Both the position numbers and the translations under genes were made by a program. A DNA stretch of 63,445 nt, filler included. It is 7 parts of 7 records of this genome, joined end to end, with 100 filler letters (N's around TTAATTAATTAA, not from the genome) between each part and the next. Parts side by side here need not be neighbours in the genome. Positions count along the whole stretch, not along the records: positions 1 to 16,422 come from SRR31147125_8600; 6 more parts are not named here. The stretch is one strand, 5' to 3'. Shown one piece after another: positions 1 through 9,741 of the stretch (within the stretch, counting starts at the first letter, position 1; every line of letters begins with the position of its first letter). Below the pieces are notes generated by a model. The model was not told the origin of the DNA and searched no databases. It was given only the letters and a program-made list of their open reading frames with translations.

Positions 1-1
1 A

Positions 2-226
2 AAAGAAATTTTTCACATGCTCAAAAGCCCTCAAGACGTATTTCGATGCTGGACAGCAAAGGAAGCTTACCTGAAATATATCGGTAAGGGGTTCCACGAA
101 AATCTTCATCATGTCGAGATAATAGGTCGGACGATTTTTCATCATGGTACGCCCGTCGATGTTGCGCTGCATTTTAAGATAATTCATGAGGATTACGCGT
201 TATCACTTGTCGAGTCGTTAACGTAA
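2..226 (+). CDS. 4'-phosphopantetheinyl transferase (Sfp-type), C-terminal part, 5'-truncated
   Basis: FRCWTAKEAYLKYIGKG matches the PPTase WxxKEAxxK motif; frame is open to the window start. Confidence 0.8.
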   Translation, partial: KEIFHMLKSPQDVFRCWTAKEAYLKYIGKGFHENLHHVEIIGRTIFHHGTPVDVALHFKIIHEDYALSLVESLT

Positions 227-469
227 CGGTAGACCGCTGGGCAGGTGATAAAATACAGCCCACACAAAAAGTGGTATGTTGAATGAAAAGCCGGGGCGTC
301 ACTCTTCTTGAAAAATAGGTGACTTTTCTTGCCTTATCCGAAAATATGATTAATATTGGAAGTTATTATTTTTTTGTGTGCTTTTTGCACGACTATTTTG
401 ACTGTAAATTAACGAGCCTCACTACAGTCGAAACTCCAGTCAACCCTAATACGGAGAGAGGGCTATCTT

Positions 470-2505
470 TTGAATCAATTTTATAAAAATCTATCATTAT
501 GGCTGGTGATCGTTTTGATGATGGTCATGCTGTATAACATTTTTAACCAACAACCGGTTACCGAGAGTAACCTGGGGTACTCCGAGTTCATTGCCATGGT
601 TGAGTCGGATCGAGTGCAAAGCGTTGTCCTTCAAGGACAGGATCTCTACTTTACCGATATCAACGGGACACGGTATAAATCGTTTGCTCCCAGGGACGGC
701 GAGTTGATCAATATTCTCAGAAAACACGGGGTGGCAATTAAAGCCAAACCTCCTACGGAATCATCATGGTTCATGTCCATCATTATTTCATGGCTGCCCA
801 TGATCGTTCTCATTGGGGTTTGGATTTTTTTCATGCGCCAGATGCAGTCCGGTGGCGGGGGAAAAGCCATGTCCTTTGGAAAAAGCCGTGCGCGGTTGAT
901 GTCGGATAAGGGCGAGAAGGTCACATTTAAAGATGTGGCCGGTATTGATGAAGCCAAGGAAGAGCTGACAGAGGTAGTGGAGTTTTTGAAAGAGCCCAAA
1001 AAGTTCACTCGCCTGGGGGGACGAATTCCCAAAGGCGTGCTGCTTGTGGGGTCTCCGGGTACCGGCAAAACCTTGCTTTCCAGGGCGGTGGCCGGTGAAG
1101 CAGGTGTTCCTTTTTTTACCATCAGTGGTTCCGATTTCGTGGAGATGTTTGTTGGGGTGGGGGCTTCCAGGGTCAGGGATCTGTTTGCCCAAGGAAAAAA
1201 AATGCTCCTTGCATTATCTTTATCGATGAGATTGATGCCGTGGGAAGACAGCGTGGTGCCGGTATGGGCGGTGGTCATGATGAGCGGGAACAGACTCTGA
1301 ATCAGCTGCTTGTTGAGATGGATGGATTTGAATCCAATGAGGGCGTTATTCTGATGGCAGCCACCAACAGGGCTGATGTGCTTGATCCCGCCCTTTTGAG
1401 ACCCGGACGATTTGACCGTCAGGTGGTCGTGGATATGCCGGATATCAAGGGCCGTATCGGGATCTTGAAAGTGCATATGAAACGTACCCCCCTTGATAAA
1501 GGGGTGGATGTGGTGATTCTTGCCAAGGGAACGCCTGGATTTTCCGGTGCGGATCTTGAGAATCTTGTTAATGAAGCGGCCCTGCTGGCAGCAAAACGAG
1601 ATCATGAGAAATTGACCATGATCGATTTTGAAGATGCCAAAGACAAAGTCTACATGGGACTTGAGCGGAAATCCAAGGTGATCCGGGAGGAAGAGAAAAA
1701 GACCACGGCCTACCACGAGGCGGGTCACGCCCTTGTTGCACGGCTTCTACCCGGCACCGATGCCGTGAACAAGATCACCATCATTCCCAGGGGGCGAGCT
1801 GCCGGTGTGACATGGTTTTTGCCGGAAGAGAGCGGGTTCAAATATAAAGATCAATTGGAAAGTGAGCTTTCCGTGGCCTTTGGCGGCCGTGTGGCTGAAG
1901 AGTTGATTTTCGATCGGATCAGTACCGGTGCATCCAACGATATCAAACAGGCAACCGCCATGGCCAATCGAATGGTTCGGGTCTGGGGGATGAGTGAGGA
2001 CTTAGGGCCGCTGGATTATAATCAAGGAGATGAGCAGATTTTTATCGGTCGGGAGTTCGGGCAGGCCAGAGAGTATTCCGAAGATACCGCCAGAAAAATC
2101 GATGCGGAAGTGTCTGCCATTATCAAGAAACGATATAATATCGCTCGAGAGGTGTTGGAAGAGCATATTGATATCCTCCATAAACTGGCTGATCTTCTGC
2201 TTGAAAAAGAGACCGTCATGGGCAAAGAGTTGGATGAGCTGATTAAATCCATGAAGCCCGATTTTGATCCGCCGAAGCCGGATACCATTTTTGATGATGA
2301 GGCACTCAGAGCCATGGTTGATGAAGAGGATGGCGAGGAAGAGGGCGAAGCGTCGGACGATGAAAATTCCGAGGATGGTGAAAGTGCGGAGGATGCTCAA
2401 AATGATGAAGAAAGGGCATCTGAAGATGGAGAAGGAGAGTCCTCTGAAGAGGGTGAGACTGAAAAATCATCGAAAAGTAAAAAAGAGGGTGAGGGTGCCG
2501 AGTAA
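470..2505 (+). CDS. ftsH: ATP-dependent zinc metalloprotease FtsH (split by a 1-nt deletion in the A-run at 1195-1202)
   Basis: Two N-terminal TM helices, Walker [32 protein letters not shown] and HEAGH zinc motif; adding one A restores [16 protein letters not shown]. Confidence 0.97.
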
Positions 2506-3428
2506 TGGCTATGAATGCGGATAGCGTGAGTGCGGATTTCAAAACAGATTCCGAAGTGTTGAAACCGCCGTTGCCTATGGAGTGGGGACGATTTTCAGTT
2601 GATTGGAATCAACGCCCCTGTGTCATGGGAATTATCAATACCACGCCGGATTCTTTCTCCGATGGTGGAAAATTTTTGGCGGTGGATGATGCGGTTTCCC
2701 ATGGCCTTACACTTGTCGAGCAAGGCGCCGATATCCTGGATATCGGCGGCGAGTCTTCCCGGCCCTTTGCCGAATCGGTCCCCCTTCAGGAAGAGATGGA
2801 GCGGGTGGTGCCGGTGATAGAGAAATTGGCCGGGCAGGTGGATATTCCCATATCCATTGATACGGTCAAGGCGGAAGTGGCCAAAGCGGCCATTGATGCC
2901 GGCGCATCCATCATTAATGATATCAGCGCCATGGAGCAGGATCCGGCCATGTTGTCGGTTGCCGTGGAAAAAGCGGTACCTGTCATTTTAATGCACATGA
3001 AGGGTATTCCGGCCACCATGCAGGTGGATCCTCACTATGATGATTTTTTGGACGAAGTCACCACCTATCTGGCGGAGCGTGCCAATATCGCGGTCAATGC
3101 CGGTATTCCCAAAGCCCATGTAATCTTGGATCCCGGAATTGGGTTTGGAAAGACTGTTTCCCATAATCTGATGTTGATCAAGTATCTTGATGACATCTGC
3201 AAACTGGGTTTCCCGGTACTGATGGGGCCGTCTCGAAAATCATTTGTCCAGAAGATTCTTGCAAAGAACAGCGGCAACTCCATTGCACCCATGTCCCCAG
3301 AGGCGGAATGCGGCACCATGGCATCGGTGGCGGCATCCATCATGAATGGCGCGCATATCGTTCGGGTCCATGATGTGGCTTCGGCAAGGGCCGTGGCGGA
3401 TATCGTTCATGCCGTACAAACGGTATGA
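2505..3428 (+). CDS. folP: Dihydropteroate synthase (start may lie further downstream)
   Basis: MGIINTTPDSFSDGG, DIGGESSRP, LDPGIGFGK, SRKSF and IVRVHDV motifs; follows ftsH. Confidence 0.96.
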   Translation: MAMNADSVSADFKTDSEVLKPPLPMEWGRFSVDWNQRPCVMGIINTTPDSFSDGGKFLAVDDAVSHGLTLVEQGADILDIGGESSRPFAESVPLQEEMERVVPVIEKLAGQVDIPISIDTVKAEVAKAAIDAGASIINDISAMEQDPAMLSVAVEKAVPVILMHMKGIPATMQVDPHYDDFLDEVTTYLAERANIAVNAGIPKAHVILDPGIGFGKTVSHNLMLIKYLDDICKLGFPVLMGPSRKSFVQKILAKNSGNSIAPMSPEAECGTMASVAASIMNGAHIVRVHDVASARAVADIVHAVQTV

Positions 3429-3544
3429 TCGGTTTTCATGACATCTCATTTGGTATCTGAAAAATTTTATGGATTTCCGATCGATATCATTCATTGCTCT
3501 TGTGGCAGGTCGTCTGTCATGAGTGTTATCAATAGGGGACGCGA

Positions 3545-4324
3545 GTGGAAATGCTGCTTGTAATTGATGTGGGAAATACCAATACGGTTCTTGGCGTTTT
3601 TGATGGAAATCAACTGATTCGGGATTGGCGGATTCGAACCATTAGAGATACGACTGCCGATGAGTTCAATATTCTGGCAAAGGCCCTGTTTGCCGATAAG
3701 GGAATTCGCCCCTCTGATATTTCCAACGTGGTGATCTCTTCCGTAGTCCCCCCGGCAGTGCCGATTCTGGATCGATTTTGTGAGAAATATCTTAGCCGAA
3801 AACCCGTTTGGGTCTATCCCGATGCAGTTCGAAATCTCATGCCCATTTTATATAACAACCCTTCTGAAGTGGGGGCGGATCGAATCGTCAACGGCATTGC
3901 AGCCTATGCAAAATATCAAAAGAGTTTGATTGTCATCGACTTTGGAACCGCCACGACATTTGATGCCATTTCGGAAAAAGGGGAGTATCTGGGGGGCGCC
4001 ATTGTTCCGGGAATGGGGATTTCATCAGAAGCTCTCTTTCAACGCGCATCCAGATTACCCCGGGTGGAGATGTTCATGCCGCCGAAACAGGTGATCGGTA
4101 AAGACACCATCGACAGCATCAAATCGGGGCTGATGCACGGCAATGCCGCCATGGTCGACGGTATGGTGACACGAATGAAGGATGAGATGGGAAGTGCTCC
4201 CATGGTCATTGCGACGGGGGGGCTGGCACCTCTGATTGCTGATCTGTCGACAACCATTGAGTCTGTAGAAGGGGATTTGACCCTCGAAGGGTTGAGGCTG
4301 ATCAGTGAAGCGCTAAAAATGTAA
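3545..4324 (+). CDS. coaX: Type III pantothenate kinase
   Basis: LVIDVGNTNT, VGADR, DFGTATT, GGAIVPG and ATGG motifs. Confidence 0.95.
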   Translation: MEMLLVIDVGNTNTVLGVFDGNQLIRDWRIRTIRDTTADEFNILAKALFADKGIRPSDISNVVISSVVPPAVPILDRFCEKYLSRKPVWVYPDAVRNLMPILYNNPSEVGADRIVNGIAAYAKYQKSLIVIDFGTATTFDAISEKGEYLGGAIVPGMGISSEALFQRASRLPRVEMFMPPKQVIGKDTIDSIKSGLMHGNAAMVDGMVTRMKDEMGSAPMVIATGGLAPLIADLSTTIESVEGDLTLEGLRLISEALKM

Positions 4325-4414
4325 AATCCAACCGTGCTTTGCACTATGAATCTTATCAATGCCTATTCTGATATTTCTTGTTGAAAAGAGAGATACCGGA
4401 ATAGGCATTTTTTG

Positions 4415-5119
4415 TTAAGTTGCCTTTCCAAGCTTTCTCAATGATTCATTGAAAATCCCAAAAAATTGATCATGTTCTTTGATGGTTCGTTTTAACAACG
4501 CCTCCATGCCGTTGATTTGGCTGAGATTCAATATCTGATTGACGCTCAAATGAAATGAGGCCATGTTGTCCATGGTGCGAAGTTCCTTTGTCAGCAGGCA
4601 AACCACCATTTTTCTTCTGGACATCATGTCGAGGTCGTTTAAATAGGCCAGAATCCTCCGGCATCCCTTTCTACCGGCGTCAAAATTCTCATCGAAAATG
4701 ACAACATTGAAAAGATGGTACTTCATCTGAGTCAAAGCCGTCTCCACGGTGTCCACTGTTTTGATGTGATACCCCATACTGTTCAGTAATTTCAACGCCG
4801 TGTCTCCCGCCTGAGGATGGGAAATGCAGAGCAGTGCGGTTTTGGCATTTTCATCTAAAAAGTCAAAGGGTTTGTCCGAGGCATCATAGTCCGGAGTGGG
4901 TGTTGAAGAGGGGGATGCGGGTTGTGGTTGTGCTCCCGGAGAGCCGGTATCGGCAGTGTGAGCCGATCCAGGTGCATCGACGCGGTGGGTATCTCCATCT
5001 GGAATGAGATGGACTTTCTGTTTGCATTTGGGGCAAAGTAAAGAGACTTTTTTCCCTTTCGGGAGCTTCTCATCCGGTATATTGACACGAGTTTGGCAAT
5101 GACTGCAGGAAATTTCCAT
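4415..5119 (-). CDS. Zinc-ribbon (MJ0042-like) protein with a C-terminal degenerate receiver-like domain
   Basis: N-terminal CSHC...CPKC, Pro/Ser-rich linker, then an alpha/beta domain (TALLCIS, FNVVIFDE, MVVCLLT). Confidence 0.7.
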   Translation of the reverse strand: MEISCSHCQTRVNIPDEKLPKGKKVSLLCPKCKQKVHLIPDGDTHRVDAPGSAHTADTGSPGAQPQPASPSSTPTPDYDASDKPFDFLDENAKTALLCISHPQAGDTALKLLNSMGYHIKTVDTVETALTQMKYHLFNVVIFDENFDAGRKGCRRILAYLNDLDMMSRRKMVVCLLTKELRTMDNMASFHLSVNQILNLSQINGMEALLKRTIKEHDQFFGIFNESLRKLGKAT

Positions 5120-5127
5120 GATGGGCT

Positions 5128-6288
5128 CTATCCTTCATATTCATGATCGATTTCAAGTGCTTCGATATCTGTGGTTTTTTCACCTCGGGCACTTTTAATG
5201 CTGTCCATTCCTCTTCCGACAACCGCGCGTCTGGATGCATAAGCAAGTGCGGTCTCTTCCGTAATCAGTCCTTGCCGGTAAAGCTTGATGATATAACGAT
5301 CGAAGGTGGTCATGCCAAAGGCCTCACCGTCGCTGATGATTTCATAAAACGTCTTGCCCTCGGATTCTCCATTGAGAATGGAGTCCTTGATTCTCAGGTT
5401 GGTTCCCATGATCTCAAAGGCCGCCACCCGGCCGCCTCCCACCTTGGGTAAAAGGCGTTGGCATACGATCCAGCGGACGGTATCGGCTAATCTGATTCGA
5501 ATTTGATTTTCCTCTTCTGTGGAGAACATACCCAGAATACGATTGATGGTTTGCCCGGAATCGACCGTATGGAGAGTGGAGACCACAAGATGACCGGTTT
5601 CAGCCGCGGAAAGACCGATTTCTACGGTTTCTCTATCTCGCATCTCACCCACCAGGATCACTTTCGGAGCCTGACGAAGGGCCGCCCTCAGCCCACTTGC
5701 AAAGGTGTCGAAGTCCGCTCCCAATTCTCGTTGATTGAACGTGGAGGTTTTTTGGGGATGCTGGAACTCGATGGGGTCTTCCAATGTGATGATATGGACG
5801 GACTTGGTATCGTTGAGTTTGTCCAAGAAAGCGGCCAGAGAAGTTGATTTACCACTACCGGTCGCACCGGTAACGAAAATGATACCGTTTTTCTCTCCGG
5901 TCATTTTATGGAAAGCTTCCGGCAGATTTAGGCTTTCGATGGTGGGAATCTGGGTTTCCAGTTTTCTCAATACAATGGAGTATTTTCCGGATCGGGAAAA
6001 GATGTTGACCCTGAAACGCGCCTTATCTCCTAACGCATAAGAAAGGTCACAGGAGCCTTCTCTTATAAGGGTTTCCGTGAGTCGTCGATCCTGTTTGATC
6101 AGATTCAGGGCAAATACTTCGGTTTGAAACGGCGTCAAAATTTTAAAGTCCGGCTCCATCTTCACCGGACTCAGCTGACCCGAGCTTTCCACCTGAAGCG
6201 GTTTTCCAGGGGTGAGATTAAGATCGGATACATTGTCATGGGACTCCAACATCATCGTCAGGATATGATCGATTTCCTGTTTTTGCAT
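5128..6288 (-). CDS. PilT/PilU-family type IV pilus retraction ATPase (second paralog, PilU-like)
   Basis: GATGSGKS, LEDPIEF, LRQAPKVILVGEMRD and GHLVVSTLH; the AIRNLIRE motif is replaced by RIKDSILN. Confidence 0.9.
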   Translation of the reverse strand: MQKQEIDHILTMMLESHDNVSDLNLTPGKPLQVESSGQLSPVKMEPDFKILTPFQTEVFALNLIKQDRRLTETLIREGSCDLSYALGDKARFRVNIFSRSGKYSIVLRKLETQIPTIESLNLPEAFHKMTGEKNGIIFVTGATGSGKSTSLAAFLDKLNDTKSVHIITLEDPIEFQHPQKTSTFNQRELGADFDTFASGLRAALRQAPKVILVGEMRDRETVEIGLSAAETGHLVVSTLHTVDSGQTINRILGMFSTEEENQIRIRLADTVRWIVCQRLLPKVGGGRVAAFEIMGTNLRIKDSILNGESEGKTFYEIISDGEAFGMTTFDRYIIKLYRQGLITEETALAYASRRAVVGRGMDSIKSARGEKTTDIEALEIDHEYEG

Positions 6289-6300
6289 GGCAACGTCTCC

Positions 6301-7382
6301 TTATGCTTCCGTAAAATCTGCCGGCGCGTTTTTCAAGAATGGCCTGAACAGGGCTTTGTTGTTGGCTTTTGTGTATGCCTCATCAGCGGCGATCCATCGT
6401 TTGTTGTAGAGCTGCATGATGGCATCGTCCAAGAGTTGCATACCGTACTGTTTTCCCGTCTGGATCATGGATGGGATTTGGTGGGTTTTAGACTCTCTGA
6501 CCAGGTTTCGAACGGCAGGTGTGGCGACCAGAATCTCAAGGGCTGCACATCGTCCTTTTTTATCGATCCGTTTAAACAGTACCTGGGCGACAATGGCACG
6601 GATACTGTCGGACAGGGTCGAGCGAATCTGAGCCTGTTCCGTTGCAGGAAACACCTCGATGACACGATCCACGGTTTTTGCCGCACTGGAAGTATGGAGG
6701 GTCCCGAATACCAAATGGCCGGTGGATGCCGCCTCGATGGCAAGGGAAATGGTTTCGAGGTCTCGCATCTCCCCCACCAGAATGATATCCGGATCTTCAC
6801 GAAGTGCCCCTCTCAAAGCGGCTGAGAACGATTCCGTATGAAGTCCCACCTCCCGGTGATTGATAATGCAGCTTTGACTCTTATGTACAAACTCAATGGG
6901 GTCTTCCACTGTGATGATGTGGTCGCGCCTGGTTTTATTGGCTTCGTCGATGATGGCGGCAAGGGTGGTGGATTTACCGCTGCCGGTGGGGCCGGTCACC
7001 AGCACAAGCCCCTTGGCAGGTTGGCAAGCTTTGAAATCACCGGAGGCAGTCCCAGTTGTTCCGCCGTCAGAATTTCAGCCGGGATTTCCCTGAAGACTGC
7101 GCCGATGCCGTTTCTTTGCATGAAGTAGTTGGCCCTGTATCTGGCAAGTCCCGGAATTTCATAACCGAAATCCACATCTCCGGTTTCTTCAAATACTTTG
7201 ATCTTATCTTCCGGTGTGATTTCATAGAGAATGGTTCTCAGATCATCATTGGAGAGAACCTTGTATTTGATTCGCTCCATATCTCCGTGAAGTCTCAAGG
7301 CCGGAGGTTGACCCGACACAAGGTGGAGGTCGGATGCGCCCTGATCATTCATCAACTTGAAAAAAGCATCAATTTTGGCCAT
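6301..7382 (-). CDS. pilT: Type IV pilus retraction ATPase PilT (split by a 1-nt deletion in the run at 7009-7012)
   Basis: GASDLHL N-terminus, [28 protein letters not shown] and AVRNLVRE; adding one base restores LPRGLVLVTG. Confidence 0.93.
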
Positions 7383-7445
7383 TTAACGAGGTCTCCTAAA
7401 TCTGTTATGAAACGTCAAGTTACGGGGCGTTATTTGTTGCGGCCG

Positions 7446-7745
7446 TTATAAGAATGAGAACGCCAGTCGCTGTAAACTTCCAACCACAAAGGTTTGAAGG
7501 AAGATGATACCCAACATGGCCACAATGGGGGAAATGTCGATGCCGCCGAAGTAAACCGGCAGTCTTTTTCTGATTTGATATAATACCGGGTCGGTGACGT
7601 TGTTGATAAAACGGACGATGGGATTGTATGGATCGGGATTGACCCAGGAAAGGACGGCCCTTGCAATAATGATCCACATAAAAATGCTCAGGGCATAGTC
7701 GAGCACTACGGCAACGGCTTTAAAAAAGTTTCCCAAGATGAACAT
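7446..7745 (-). CDS. yggT: YggT family membrane protein
   Basis: RAVLSWVNPDPYNPIVRF...TDPVL..IR and GGIDISPIV signature. Confidence 0.92.
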   Translation of the reverse strand: MFILGNFFKAVAVVLDYALSIFMWIIIARAVLSWVNPDPYNPIVRFINNVTDPVLYQIRKRLPVYFGGIDISPIVAMLGIIFLQTFVVGSLQRLAFSFL

Positions 7746-7985
7746 GTTGACTCAAAATCTCCTTAAAATTGACATGGATAATGTGATGATCCGTATTGAT
7801 CGTTAAACATATGATTTATAAAAATACAAACTGTTTATTGTCATGAGATAAGTTATTTTTAAATTAAAAGTCAAGGACTTTTGCCCCTTTGCCATTGGGG
7901 AAGCGTGGATGGAGTCGTATTACAACCAGGGTAAGATTCAGCCTGATTTTCAGATTTTCCACTCCGCGGCGGTATCAAAAACCCC

Positions 7986-8028
7986 TTGACAAAAGAGTTC
8001 TTAAATTACAATAAAGGTAGAACCATTT
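7986..8028 (+). promoter_or_regulatory. Putative sigma70 promoter with a FadR-type operator upstream of the regulator gene
   Basis: TTGACA at 7986-7991 and TACAAT at 8007-8012 (short 15-nt spacer), then AAAGGT-AGA-ACCATTT at 8013-8028 resembling TGGT-N3-ACCA operators. Confidence 0.45.
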
Positions 8029-8054
8029 TATCCCTTTAGCCTGAAAGAGAGCAT

Positions 8055-8807
8055 ATGTCGGAAAAAAAGAGTACCCGGTTTCAGAAAGCAAAAAAAAGTA
8101 GAGTATTTCAGGATGTTGTAGAGCAAGTTCAAGAAGCGATCCTCAATGGAGAGCTCTCACCCGGTGATAAGCTGCCGCCTGAGCGGGAGCTGCAGGAGAC
8201 ATTCAATGTCAGCCGGGGAACACTGCGGGAGGCATTGCGGGTACTGGAGCAAAAAGGGCTCATCGAAATCCGTCTGGGAACGGGCGGCGGCTCCATGGTT
8301 CGGGAAGCCGGCGCAGAGCAGTTGACCGAAACCCTTGCATTGATGATCCGATCCGGAAGCGTATCTCTTTTGGATATTGGGGAGTTCCGCCAGGGAATGG
8401 AGGGAAAGATCGCCTCTCTTGCTGCAGTTCGGGCAACGGATGAAGACATCGAGGCCCTTGAAGCGTTAGTGAAAGAGGCAAATCATTTTGCGGAAAAAGG
8501 GGAGCATGGCTGGGAATCCTTTCTCGGGGTGGACGAAGCCATTCATAAAGAGGTGGGACGGATTGCCGACAATGTCCTCTATCGGTACGCCGCACAGGTC
8601 GTTCATGACAATATTCGCAGGTATTATGATAAATATCTCGAGTATGCGGACCACCGACTGGAGGAAAATCGCAAAGACCTGGAAGTACTGGTGGCAGCCA
8701 TCAAAGCCCATGATCAGGAAGAGGCAGCCCGGATTGCCGAACGCCATGTTGATACATTTAATCGAAGAATGCGTGAAAAAGAGTCAACTGAGAAAGATGA
8801 GAATTAA
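8055..8807 (+). CDS. FadR/GntR-family transcriptional regulator (FCD domain)
   Basis: PGDKLPPERELQETFNVSRGTLREAL wHTH followed by an FCD-type helical domain. Confidence 0.92.
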   Translation: MSEKKSTRFQKAKKSRVFQDVVEQVQEAILNGELSPGDKLPPERELQETFNVSRGTLREALRVLEQKGLIEIRLGTGGGSMVREAGAEQLTETLALMIRSGSVSLLDIGEFRQGMEGKIASLAAVRATDEDIEALEALVKEANHFAEKGEHGWESFLGVDEAIHKEVGRIADNVLYRYAAQVVHDNIRRYYDKYLEYADHRLEENRKDLEVLVAAIKAHDQEEAARIAERHVDTFNRRMREKESTEKDEN

Positions 8808-8809
8808 GC

Positions 8810-9661
8810 CTAAGCCAGGTGCAGTGAATCCTCCAGCTTGATTTCAAGTTGAGCCAAGGTGACATCATTGAGATCCAACGCTGCCGCTTCGTCGGATGAG
8901 TAGATGTCACCCATCCCCCCTGTCAAGATGGTATCCCCATCCTTTTCCACAAAACCGATCTTCAGATGCCGGCACATTTTATCCGCCAGGCGAACATTTA
9001 CCAATAGAAGATCGGTGTCATCCAGCTCCGGTGCATGATGCTCTCGTGCGATGGTGCAGTATCGATCCGGAAGATTCCAGCTTTCCAGCAACATATGACC
9101 GTATTTTGTGTGCATTTTTAAGATCACTTCATCCATCAGTTGCCTGGGAAATGTTGCATTTTGGGTCTTGATCTGATCCATGATGGCTAATAATAAAAAT
9201 GCCCCCACATCATGGAGGAGGCCTGCTAAAAACGCTTCGTTGAGATTGGGGTAATGGGTTTTTTGGGCCAGCCACTGCGCGCCAACCGCACACCCCACGG
9301 AATGAACCCAGAGTTGGTTCATGAACTCTTGAATGGACCGATCTTTGGATCGAAAGGTGCTCTTTTGGGATGTGAGAAGCACAAGGTTGGTCACTTCATT
9401 CATGCCGAGACGCACCACAGCTTCCTGGACGGTTGATACCTCTTCCAATCCTTTGTAAAATGGAGAATTGGCAATTTTCAACACCTCCGAGGAAAGGGAT
9501 ACATCTTTTTGTGTCAGATTGATGACCCGCTCTAAGTCCGGATCGCTTTTGCTGATCTCCTTTTGGACGAGAAGACTGTTGCGGTTCATCACCGGTAGTT
9601 TCGCTTTGCCGGAGTTGATGTGTGCGTCGATAATATCGATCAAAGATTTTTTTTGTTTCAT
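8810..9661 (-). CDS. HDOD domain protein
   Basis: LP..., VLKIANSPFY, AVVRLG, LWVHSVGCA, AFLAGLLHDVG, WNLP and EHH motifs. Confidence 0.92.
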   Translation of the reverse strand: MKQKKSLIDIIDAHINSGKAKLPVMNRNSLLVQKEISKSDPDLERVINLTQKDVSLSSEVLKIANSPFYKGLEEVSTVQEAVVRLGMNEVTNLVLLTSQKSTFRSKDRSIQEFMNQLWVHSVGCAVGAQWLAQKTHYPNLNEAFLAGLLHDVGAFLLLAIMDQIKTQNATFPRQLMDEVILKMHTKYGHMLLESWNLPDRYCTIAREHHAPELDDTDLLLVNVRLADKMCRHLKIGFVEKDGDTILTGGMGDIYSSDEAAALDLNDVTLAQLEIKLEDSLHLA

Positions 9662-9741
9662 TCTAACAGCTCTATTCTTTCTTTCTACGCAAAAAAAGCT
9701 AACAATCAGGTATCAGTGTTCAATTGATTTAAGACCGATTC

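Noticed and set aside
646..1728. Long antisense ORFs (360 aa opposite ftsH; likewise 6124-6825, 12349-13011 and 44625-45266)
   Set aside because: They are shadows of well-supported genes on the opposite strand, with no motifs or RBS.
3425..3545. Possible decayed cdaA remnant between folP and coaX (short ORF MIGFHDISFGI overlapping the folP stop; IALVA in another frame)
   Set aside because: Too short and dissimilar to support; only the position is suggestive.
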